Assembly: GCA_040766505.1 (NCBI GenBank) | Contig: JAXGQJ010000001.1 | Span: forward strand, 64,836-128,835 | Reading direction: 5' to 3' | DNA length: 64,000 nucleotides | Source of the DNA: Clostridiales bacterium | Lineage (GTDB): Bacteria > Bacillota > Dehalobacteriia > UBA7702 | Shown here: positions 56,057-64,000 of the stretch, piece by piece | Layout of the letters: every line of letters begins with the position of its first letter | How positions within the stretch are numbered: position 1 is the stretch's first letter | Notes under the pieces: generated by a model | Seen by the model: the letters and a program-made list of their open reading frames with translations, nothing else | Databases searched by the model: none | What the model was told of the DNA's origin: nothing | Position numbers and translations under genes: made by a program

Positions 56057-56133
56057 TGGAGGAAGATCAAAGTCTAGCGGGCCGGGCTTTTAAAACCCGG
56101 CCTTAAAAAAGGCCGCAATTTCATTTTGGTGGA

Positions 56134-56162
56134 TTGACTTTCCCCCATCGCTATATTATACT
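56134..56162 (+). promoter_or_regulatory. Sigma-70-type promoter of the Moco-biosynthesis cluster.
   Basis: TTGACT, a 17-nt spacer, then TATACT. This leaves a leader of about 135 nt before the ATG at 56304. Confidence 0.5.
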
Positions 56163-56303
56163 TACCCTAGAATAAATTCAGGCGGGAAACGCAACAAACA
56201 GAGAAAAAAGAGAAAAATAGAAAATGGGATGAGATACGGGCTTCCGAAACTGCGCAAACCGCGCCGACTTGATTGGGATAAAGAACAATGGAGGGTCGTT
56301 TGG

Positions 56304-57323
56304 ATGAAATTGATTCGTACGGAAGATGCGGTGGGACATGTTTTATGCCACGACATTACACAGATTGTCAAGGGGGCAACGGGTGACGCTTTTGTTTTGC
56401 AAGGGCATGTGGTGACGAAGGAGGACATTCCCGTTCTGCTGTCCTAGGCAAAGACCATCTCTATATTTGGGAAAAGGAGCCCGGCATGCTTCATGAGAAT
56501 GATGGCGGAGCGGCTCTCTATGTTTTATGCGCCGGCGCGCTATGCTGCTGACGCCGGTAAAGGAAGGGAAGATCGAGTTGATCGCCGCCTGCGACGGTCT
56601 GTTTTTGGCCGATGTGGAAAAACTCCGGGCTGTGAATGGTCTCGGCGAGATCATGATCGCGACCCGGCACAGCCATTTTCCCGTTCGGAAGGGCGATAAA
56701 TTGGCGGGAACCCGTGTGATCCCGTTGACCATAAGGGAAGAGAAATTGGCCGAGGCCAAAGACCTGGTGGGGGATGCTCCGCTTCTGGGTATTCGGCCTT
56801 TTCTACATAAAAAGATCGGGATCATCACCACCGGCAATGAAATCTACCATGGCCGGATTCAGGACACCTTTACGCCGGTGCTCCTCAAGAAATTGGAGGA
56901 ACAGACACCGAGGTCATCGGCCACACCGTCCTAGACGACAACCATGAAAAAATTACCGCAGCCATTTTGGAACTGCTGGGCAAAGGCGCCGATATGGTTC
57001 TCTGCACCGGTGGCATGAGCGTGGATCCCGACGATAAAACGCCCCTCGCCATCAAAAACACCGGCGCCGAGATCGTCTTTTACGGCGCGCCGGTTTTACC
57101 CGGCGCCATGCTGATGGTCGCCTATCATGAAGGCCGCCCCATTTTTGGGCTTCCCGGTTGCGTGATGTATGCGAAGCGCACCGTCTTTGATCTGGTGCTG
57201 CCTTTGGCCATGGCCGATGAAACGGTGACCGCCGGGATCTGGCGGCAATGGGCCATGGAGCGTTTCTGCCTTTCCTGTGAAAGCTGCACCTTTCCCCAAT
57301 GCGGTTTTTGGCAAAGGCTGGTG
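56304..57323 (+). CDS. Molybdopterin-binding (MoeA-like/MoCF-biosynthesis domain) protein, at least three frameshifts.
   Basis: The start is MKLIRTEDAVGHVLCHDITQIV... Later segments include IGIITTGNEIYHGRIQDTF and a MoCF_biosynth-like LCTGGMSVDPDDKTP. Confidence 0.6.
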
Positions 57324-57816
57324 ATGGCGATGGAATTTACACATTGATGAAAAAGGGGCAGGGCCCACATGGTGGATGTGGGAGCCAAAGGCGAAAGCGA
57401 ACGGAAGCGGTGGCCAAAGGCCGGATCGGGATGGCGCCTCTCCTGCTTTATACTGCTGGCGGGGGCCGTAAAGAAGGGCGATGTTTTCGCCGTGGCCCGG
57501 GTCGGATCATGGCGGCGAAGCGGACGTCGGAATGGATCCCGCTTTGCCATCCGCTCCAGATCAGCCAGGCAGCGGTGGAATTTTTGCCTCTTTCCCGGTC
57601 AAAAGAGGTGGAGGTCACTTGTACCGGTCCGGCTGTTTTGGCCGCACCGGTGTGGAGAGATGGAGCGCTTTTGACCGGTGCTACGGCCGCCCTTCTCACG
57701 ATCTATGATATGTGCAAAGCCTTGACAAGGCGATGGTGATCGGCGGTGTTTATTTGGCGAAAAAAACCGGTGGCAGAAGCGGGAAAATTGAAAACCTGCC
57801 GCCGGGGCAGAGGTGA
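57324..57816 (+). CDS. moaC: Cyclic pyranopterin monophosphate synthase MoaC, at least four frameshifts.
   Basis: Across shifted frames one can read MAMEFTH..., HMVDVGAKGESERK, IMAAKRTSEWIPLCHPLQISQAAVEF and LTGATAALLTIYDMCKAL. Confidence 0.8.
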
Positions 57817-57826
57817 GAAAAAGACG

Positions 57827-58795
57827 GTGAAGGATTTATACCAGAGAAACATTGATTATCTGCGGGTTTCCATTACGGATCGCTGCAATTTGCGTTGCCA
57901 ATATTGCATGCCCCAGGAACTGCCGCTTTTGCCCCATGGCGATATTCTGCGCTATGAGGAAATTCTGCGCATCTGCGGCATCGCCGCGTCTCTCGGCATC
58001 CGCAATCTAAAGATCACCGGCGGGGAGCCTTTGGCCCGGCGGGACGCTGTGGAATTCCTCGCGAAATGCAAAGAGATCCCCGGGATCGAACATGTTACGC
58101 TGACCACCAATGGCGTGCTTTTATCCCCCCATATACAGGCCATGAAGAACATGGGGCTGGATGGCGTCAATATCAGCCTCGACGCCCTCGACCCGGATAC
58201 CTACCGGAAAATCAGTGGGCGGGACGTTTTTGCGCAGGCTTGGCGCGGTTTTCTCGCCGCGGTGGAAAGCGGCGTTCCGGTAAAACTGAACATTGTTCCA
58301 ATGCGGGGCCAAAACGAGGGGGAAATTGTGGGCCTGGCGGCACTGGCCGCCTCGTACCCTGTCGACGTTCGCTTTATCGAGCTGATGCCGATCGGCAGCG
58401 GCAGTGGGTGCGCCCCGATTCCCGGCGACGAGATTTTGGCATTGCTGCAAAACGTTTATCCCGATTTAAGCCCGGATCCCCGCCGCCACGGTTGCGGCCC
58501 CGCCCGGTACTGGCTTTCCGCCGCTTTAAAAGGGAGCATCGGCTTCATCGACGCGGTGAGCCATAATTTTTGCGATACCTGCAATCGCATCCGCTTGACC
58601 AGCGAAGGTTTTTTAAAACCCTGCCTCTATCACAGTGAAGGCTATGATCTGCGGGCGGAGCTTCGAAACGGAGCCGATGACGAACAGATCGCCGCCACCA
58701 TAAAGAAGGCGATCCGCACGAAGCCGAAAAAACACGCATTCTATGATCTGAACCGCATCGGGGAACGCAGGGCGATGTCGCAAATAGGAGGATAA
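57827..58795 (+). CDS. moaA: GTP 3',8-cyclase MoaA (radical SAM).
   Basis: Intact frame. A GTG start gives VKDLYQRNIDYLRVSITDRCNLRCQYCMP (the CxxxCxxC motif). The C-terminal cluster motif is CDTCNRIRLTSEGFLKPCL. Confidence 0.9.
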   Translation: MKDLYQRNIDYLRVSITDRCNLRCQYCMPQELPLLPHGDILRYEEILRICGIAASLGIRNLKITGGEPLARRDAVEFLAKCKEIPGIEHVTLTTNGVLLSPHIQAMKNMGLDGVNISLDALDPDTYRKISGRDVFAQAWRGFLAAVESGVPVKLNIVPMRGQNEGEIVGLAALAASYPVDVRFIELMPIGSGSGCAPIPGDEILALLQNVYPDLSPDPRRHGCGPARYWLSAALKGSIGFIDAVSHNFCDTCNRIRLTSEGFLKPCLYHSEGYDLRAELRNGADDEQIAATIKKAIRTKPKKHAFYDLNRIGERRAMSQIGG

Positions 58796-58796
58796 G

Positions 58797-59750
58797 ATGG
58801 GAATTGTCAAGGCAGTTTGTATCAGCGAAGAAAAGGGGACGGCCAAAACCAATGTGGGAACCGCCGCTTTTGCCGTGGCGTGCGGCATCGTCAACGATGC
58901 CCACCGTGGCCCTTGGCACCGGCAGATTAGCTTGCTCTCCTACGATAAGATCAGCGCCTTTCGCCAGAGAGGCGCCGATGTGGCATTCGGCGCTTTTGGT
59001 GAAAACCTGGTGGTGGAAGGGATTGACTTTCGCAGTTTGCCGGTGGGAACCCGTTTTCGTTGCGGCGATGTTTTGTTGGAAATGACCCAGATCGGCAAGG
59101 AATGCCACCAGCATTGCCGCATCTATCATCAGGTGGGGGATTGTATCATGCCCCGGGAAGGGGTTTTTGCCACGGTGTTGGAAGCGGGGCGGATCAAAGT
59201 GGGGGATGAGATGACGGTTTTGCCACCGGAAAAAAACGCCTTGCCCCGGGCCGCCGTTGTCACCCTCAGCGACAAAGGCAGCCTCGGCCAACGGAGCGAT
59301 GAAAGCGGCCCCGCCGCGAAGGAAATTCTGGAAAAAAACGGCTATCGCGTCATTGAAATGCTGCTTTTGCCCGACGAGCAAAAGCGGATCGAGAAAGAAT
59401 TGCTGCGGCTGGCCGATGGCAGACAGGCGGCGCTGGTCATTACCACCGGCGGCACCGGCTTTTCCGAAAGGGATCGGACGCCGGAAGCCACCTTGGCGGT
59501 AGCGACACGGAACGCGCCGGGGATCGCCGAAGCCATCCGCTCCTATTCCATGCAGTTTACCGCCCGGGCGATGCTGGGTCGGGGCGTTTCCGTCATCCGC
59601 AATCGCACGCTGATCGTTAACCTCCCCGGCAGCCCAAAGGCGGTGCGGGAATGCCTTGGCTATCTCTTGCCCACCTTGGAGCACGGCCTTGCAATCCTGG
59701 TGGGTTCCGCCTCGGACTGCGCCCGCAATGATGATCCGATTGCCAAATAA
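58797..59750 (+). CDS. MOSC domain fused to a MogA/MoaB-type molybdopterin adenylyltransferase domain.
   Basis: Intact 317-aa ORF. The N-terminal MOSC-like part contains GAFGENLVVEGIDF...IGKECH. The C-terminal part (VVTLSDKG...LVITTGGTGFSERDRTPEA...LPGSPKA) is the MoaB/Mog signature. Confidence 0.8.
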   Translation: MGIVKAVCISEEKGTAKTNVGTAAFAVACGIVNDAHRGPWHRQISLLSYDKISAFRQRGADVAFGAFGENLVVEGIDFRSLPVGTRFRCGDVLLEMTQIGKECHQHCRIYHQVGDCIMPREGVFATVLEAGRIKVGDEMTVLPPEKNALPRAAVVTLSDKGSLGQRSDESGPAAKEILEKNGYRVIEMLLLPDEQKRIEKELLRLADGRQAALVITTGGTGFSERDRTPEATLAVATRNAPGIAEAIRSYSMQFTARAMLGRGVSVIRNRTLIVNLPGSPKAVRECLGYLLPTLEHGLAILVGSASDCARNDDPIAK

Positions 59751-59803
59751 ACGGGTTTGGAGTTATTTGGAAAAATAAAAAAACGGGAGGTAAGAAAACT
59801 AGG

Positions 59804-60610
59804 ATGAAAAAGAAAGTTTTTTCGGGCCTTGTTCTACTTTTATCCGCAATGGTGGCATTGGGCGGCTGTGGGCAGCAGGCAAACGAGGAAGAGGGCGAAA
59901 CCGGGAACGAGCCGGTCACCATCATGGTGGCAGCGGCGGCAAGTTTAGAAAATGCCCTGGTGAACGATTTGATCCCGCTGTTCCGGGAAAAGTACGATTA
60001 TATCACGGTGGAAGGTACCTATGACAGTTCCGGTAAATTGCAGACCCAGATCGAAGAAGGTCTGGCCGCTGATATTTTTATGTCCGCGGCGATGAAGCAG
60101 ATGGATGCCTTAACCGATGCCGGCCTTGTTGATGCCGCATCCGTTTCAACCCTGCTGGTCAATAAGATCGTTTTGATTGAACCTGCCGGCGCGGCAAAAT
60201 TGGTCGCTTTTGAGGACATCGCCCAGGCCGATGCCATTGCCATTGGCGATCCCGAAAGCGTTCCCGCCGGCCAATACGCCAAGGAAGCCCTGACCGCCCT
60301 TGGCCTTTGGGACCAGGTGGCGGCGAAGGCCAGCTTTGGCACGAATGTAACGGAAGTTCTAAACTGGGTGGCGGAAGGCAGCGCCGATGCCGGCGTCGTC
60401 TATTCCACCGATGCGCAATTCAATGACAAGGTTGCGGTGGTAGCGGAAGCTCCGGAAGATAGTTTGGAAACGCGGATCATCTATCCGATCGGTATGGTCA
60501 AAGCGTCGGCCCATGCCGATGCCGCCCAGCTATTCTTAGATTTCCTCGCTTCCGATGATGCGCTGGCGGTTTTCCAGCAATATGGCTTCACGATCAACCG
60601 CACCAGTTAA
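59804..60610 (+). CDS. modA: Molybdate ABC transporter substrate-binding lipoprotein.
   Basis: Intact 268-aa ORF with lipobox ALGGCG and ModA-like motifs (TYDSSGKLQTQIEEG..ADIFMSA, AIGDPESVPAGQYAKEAL). Confidence 0.85.
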   Translation: MKKKVFSGLVLLLSAMVALGGCGQQANEEEGETGNEPVTIMVAAAASLENALVNDLIPLFREKYDYITVEGTYDSSGKLQTQIEEGLAADIFMSAAMKQMDALTDAGLVDAASVSTLLVNKIVLIEPAGAAKLVAFEDIAQADAIAIGDPESVPAGQYAKEALTALGLWDQVAAKASFGTNVTEVLNWVAEGSADAGVVYSTDAQFNDKVAVVAEAPEDSLETRIIYPIGMVKASAHADAAQLFLDFLASDDALAVFQQYGFTINRTS

Positions 60611-60907
60611 GCGACGGAAATAACCGGAAATAACCGGAAATGACCAGGTGGCATAACGGGGGTAGCGGAGGAAGCTCCCTCCCCTCGGGCGATCGGCAAG
60701 CGGCCGCTGGCGCCGTTGAATCGAAAACCGCAGACCCTTACATACGCCCATGTATCGTTTGGGCCTGCGGTTTTGTAAGCTCTTAGCCAGACCGTTTCTC
60801 GAAGCCCGTCGGCATGTGGGCCAAAGCCGCTGCGGGGCGTTTTCATCGGTATACCGGGGGGAAAGGGGGAATCCCTTTCCTCTACATTATAGAAAGCAGG
60901 AAAGCCA

Positions 60908-61603
60908 ATGGATTTTTCTCCGGTTCTCATCTCGATGAAAACCGCCAGCGCCGCAATTTTTATCACCTTTTTTCTCGGCGTTTTCAGCGCCAAAATGGTG
61001 GTAGCGATGGAACATGCCCGCTGGAAAATGATACTGGACGGTATCTTGACGCTGCCGCTGGTGCTGCCACCGACAGTGGCCGGCTTCTTTCTTCTCTATC
61101 TCTTTGGCGTAAACCGCCCTTTGGGGCAGCTTGTTTTTGAACTGTTCGGCTTTAAAATCGCCTTTTCCTGGTTTGCCACGGTCTTGGCCGCCGTGGCCAT
61201 CGCTTTTCCTTTGATGTACCGTTCCGCCCGGGGCGCTTTTGAACAGGTGGATCAAAACATCCTTTATGCCGCCCGCACCCTTGGAATGTCGGAAAGGAAA
61301 ATATTTTGGCGCGTTTTGATGCCGACGGCGATGCCCGGTGTGGCCACCGGCGGCGTTCTATCTTTTGCCAGGGGTTTGGGGGAGTTTGGCGCCACCGCGA
61401 TGATCGCCGGAAACATTGCCGGCAAAACGAGGACGCTGCCTTTGGCCATCTATTCGTCGGTGGCGGCAGGAGATATGGCGACGGCCTACCGCTATGTCGC
61501 CATCATCATGGTTCTTTCTTTCTTTGTCGTGGTGGCGATGAACTACTGCACGATGCAGGAAGGCCGGGTGGGGAAAAGGAGGCGGAATGGCCCTCGAAGT
61601 TGA
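60908..61603 (+). CDS. modB: Molybdate ABC transporter permease.
   Basis: Intact 231-aa ORF with the EAA-loop-like sequence EQVDQNILYAARTLGMSERKIFWRVLMP. It is typical of ModB/CysTW-family permeases. Confidence 0.85.
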   Translation: MDFSPVLISMKTASAAIFITFFLGVFSAKMVVAMEHARWKMILDGILTLPLVLPPTVAGFFLLYLFGVNRPLGQLVFELFGFKIAFSWFATVLAAVAIAFPLMYRSARGAFEQVDQNILYAARTLGMSERKIFWRVLMPTAMPGVATGGVLSFARGLGEFGATAMIAGNIAGKTRTLPLAIYSSVAAGDMATAYRYVAIIMVLSFFVVVAMNYCTMQEGRVGKRRRNGPRS

Positions 61604-62630
61604 CATTAAAAAAAGCGTAAAGGGGTTTGCTCTCGAAATCGCCTTCGCTTGCGACGGTGGCAGCCTTGGGATTCTAGGCGCTTCAGGCTGTGGAAAAAGC
61701 ATGACCTTAAAGTGTATCGCCGGGGTGGAAACCCCCGACGAAGGCAGGATCGTGGTGAATGGCCGGGTGCTGTATGATTCGGCGCGGCGGATCAATCTGC
61801 CGCCCCAAAAACGCCGCGTCGGCTATTTGTTCCAGGACTATGCCTTGTTTCCCCGAATGACCGTTACTGAGAATATCGGCTGCGGTATGCCGGGGAAAAA
61901 GGGGGAAAAGCTGGCCAAAATCGGTGAGATTTTGGCGCGTTTTTCTCTAAGCGAATTGGGGAACCGCTATCCCTGCCAGCTTTCCGGCGGCCAAAAGCAG
62001 CGGGTGGCACTGGCCCGGATGCTGGCTTCCGCGCCGGAGGCCGTCCTGTTGGACGAGCCTTTATCGGCTTTGGATGCGCATCTGAAAGAGAGGCTGGAAA
62101 TTGAACTGGCCGAATTGCTTTGTGCTTATGGCAAGGATGCCATTCTCGTTACCCATAGCCGCGATGAAGTATACCGCCTTTGTGATCGGCTGTTGGTAAT
62201 GGAAAACGGAAGGAGCTTAGAATATGGCGAGGCAAAGGTGCTGTTCAAAAGCCCCAAAACCCTGGGAGCCGCCAGGTTAACCGGCTGTAAAAATCTTTCC
62301 GCCGCCCGCACCGTCGGCCCCACAAAGGTGGAAGCTTTGGATTGGGGCGTGGTGTTTGAGACCCGCCGTCCGGTTCCTTCCGGGGTGACCCATGTCGGCG
62401 TCCGGGCCCACGATTTCTTCCCGGCTTCGGGGGGCGAGGAAAACCAAATTCCCATTCTCATCCAAAAGCAAGTGGAGGAAGCCTTTGAATGGAACGTCCT
62501 CTTCATGGCCGCCGGCGCCGTCGGTAAGGCGGCGCTTTGGTGGAAGGTCAGCAAATCGATGTTAAGCGAAATGCCGCATCGTCTTGCCGTTGCCTGCGAG
62601 GACATCCTGCTGCTTTCTAACGAAAAATAA
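61587..62630 (+). CDS. modC: Molybdate/sulfate-type ABC transporter ATP-binding protein with a C-terminal regulatory domain.
   Basis: Intact 347-aa ORF with Walker A GASGCGKS, signature LSGGQKQRVALAR and Walker B VLLDEPLSALD. It overlaps the modB end. Confidence 0.85.
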   Translation: MALEVDIKKSVKGFALEIAFACDGGSLGILGASGCGKSMTLKCIAGVETPDEGRIVVNGRVLYDSARRINLPPQKRRVGYLFQDYALFPRMTVTENIGCGMPGKKGEKLAKIGEILARFSLSELGNRYPCQLSGGQKQRVALARMLASAPEAVLLDEPLSALDAHLKERLEIELAELLCAYGKDAILVTHSRDEVYRLCDRLLVMENGRSLEYGEAKVLFKSPKTLGAARLTGCKNLSAARTVGPTKVEALDWGVVFETRRPVPSGVTHVGVRAHDFFPASGGEENQIPILIQKQVEEAFEWNVLFMAAGAVGKAALWWKVSKSMLSEMPHRLAVACEDILLLSNEK

Positions 62631-62693
62631 GCATGGCATTGAAAACGGAATTGACGGGCAATGGAAAAGGGTGTATTTTATATGATAGAATGG

Positions 62694-62716
62694 CGGATCG
62701 GCGCCGATTCGTTTTA
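62694..62716 (+). terminator. Possible terminator after modC.
   Basis: Palindrome CGGATCGGC/GCCGATTCG followed by TTTT. The stem is short. Confidence 0.35.
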
Positions 62717-62747
62717 TCGTCAAAGCAAATGCCGGGGAGGAAGAAAG

Positions 62748-63613
62748 ATGTTTTGCTCTCAATGTGGTCAAGAAATCCGGGATGACGGGCGGTTTTGCCC
62801 AAATTGGCGCACCAACCAAGGGCCCGGAAGTGCCGACGGGGAAAAGCGGCGGTTTCAGGCGCATTCATTTGGTTCTTATTCTGGCGGTGTGCTGCCTCCT
62901 TCTCGTTTTCGCTGCGGTAACGGCCTTGGTATTGAGCGATGGCGGGGAAAAGAACCCGGCGGTGGAAAAACCGGCGGTGGCGGCGGTTAACGGTTCGGAA
63001 ACCACCAGCGCCATTGCCCCTCATGAAGAAGGGGAAATTCCCATTGAGACAGAGAAAAGCAATGCCCATCTTTGGCCTACGGATCGTTATCCGATTGCCT
63101 ATGAGGACCTTGTGGGTTATGGCGGAAGGGGTGGCGGCAATCCGCAATGAGATTTACGCCCGACACGGTTATATTTTTAAAACCGCCCAGTGGAGCGAAT
63201 ATTTTGGCCAATTTTCTTGGTATGAGCCGAACGAGTTTTACAGCGAAGCCCTATTGAATTTCATGGAAAAATCGAATTTGGAGACAATCATCGCCTATGA
63301 GAAGGATATGGGTTGGCGTGACAGCGGAACGCCCGCTACCCATAGCGCGGCTCTGGGTGGATACCTTTGGCCCAGCGACCGCTGCTCGATTACAAACGGT
63401 GATTTGGCTTGGTATAGCCGGGACGAAGTGGCGGCAATTCGCAATGAGATTTACGCCCGCCACGGTTATATATTTAAAAAACAGGCCTGGCGCGATTATT
63501 TTTCCCGGTGCCCCTGGTATCAGCCGAATGCCGACTATAGCGACGCGCTCCTGTCTGATCTTGAACGGGCCAATATCGATACCATCGTAAAATATGAGCA
63601 CTCGATGGGCTGA
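62748..63613 (+). CDS. Zinc-ribbon, TM and 2x YARHG-domain protein, with frameshifts near 62800 and near 63125.
   Basis: The start is MFCSQCGQEIRDDGRFCPN, followed by TM segment IHLVLILAVCCLLLVFAAVTALVL. There are two copies of EVAAIRNEIYARHGYIFK...W..YF. Confidence 0.75.
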
Positions 63614-63652
63614 ATTAACGATCCGAATGCGGAAAATCCATGTATGGCATCT

Positions 63653-63682
63653 AAAATCCCGGCCCAAAAAGCGGGATTTTTT
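63653..63682. terminator. Bidirectional terminator hairpin between the convergent YARHG and sortase genes.
   Basis: Stem AAAATCCCG / CGGGATTTT, with T-runs on both strands. Confidence 0.65.
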
Positions 63683-63716
63683 AAAGCGCACAATTGTTTT
63701 TCTTGGCCATTCAGTC

Positions 63717-64000
63717 TTAGATCTTGCCTTTTACGATCAACCGTTCCGTCGGGCGAACCATCGGATGGCAGGTGATCAGCGTGATCTCCCGGTCTTGCCA
63801 TTGGCGTTTAAAACTCGACGGCGCCGGGGTCAACATAAAGAATTTCCGTTACGGTATAGGTAAAGGTGTCCGTGGCGGTTCGCACCATAATGGCATCGCC
63901 GGTTTGTATTTCCGCCAAACGGTTAAAATTGCGGCCAAAGGTATGGTTGCGATGACCGGCGACGACATAATTTCCGACCTCTCCCACCCGCGCCATGTTT
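63717..64000 (-). CDS. Sortase-family transpeptidase; only the C-terminal part lies in the window, and there is one frameshift near 63805.
   Basis: Readable segments are NYVVAGHRNHTFGRNFNRLAEIQTGDAIMV and, in a shifted frame, EITLITCHP (the TLxTC catalytic motif). The stop is at 63717. Confidence 0.7.

Noticed and set aside
58545-59684. 379-aa minus-strand ORF.
   Set aside because: It is antisense to the intact moaA/MOSC-Mog genes, has an R/G/P-rich nonsense composition and has no RBS.

Overview
GC-rich Firmicutes/Clostridia-like chromosomal segment; the lineage is inferred from SLH surface anchoring, a LonB-type protease, AddAB, a sortase and gene content, and GC was not computed.

Contents, left to right:
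- A very large SLH-anchored surface protein (1-7367, minus strand, running off the window start).
- A response regulator next to a truncated histidine kinase, then mgtC and a tRNA-Leu(CAA).
- A roughly 7 kb lower-GC remnant of an integrated element (large serine recombinase, ParB/DGQHR-like protein, XRE regulator, Fic).
- A type I-C CRISPR-Cas locus: an array of about 48 units at 18397-21513, a leader, and cas2-cas1-cas4-cas7-cas8c-cas5-cas3 at 21.6-29.1 kb, all on the minus strand.
- Housekeeping genes: DUF488/YeaO, a UDG-superfamily protein, LutC plus a LutB-LutA fusion, LonB, and an FAD oxidoreductase lipoprotein.
- More housekeeping genes: a cobalamin riboswitch controlling an ABC importer, a split ChrA pair, patatin, a DAG-kinase-like protein, topB and addBA.
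- An M24 peptidase and efp, then a Moco/molybdate cluster (MoeA-like, moaC, moaA, MOSC-Mog, modABC).
- A zinc-ribbon/YARHG protein and a partial sortase.

Main caveat: many genes are interrupted by indels, often in homopolymer runs, and these occur in patches. Even efp carries at least four. I therefore cannot separate true pseudogenes from consensus errors, and 'pseudogene' below means only 'frame broken as written'.

The most interesting signals are inside the CRISPR array:
- Repeats are unusually heterogeneous, and the most degenerate ones lie next to the leader.
- About seven leader-proximal units carry a rearranged repeat in which the ATTGAAAT handle is replaced by a second copy of the repeat start.
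- There is a diverged internal duplication of a multi-unit block that includes the spacers.
- Two spacers cover the same protospacer on opposite strands.

I did not find a convincing, clearly novel protein-coding system.
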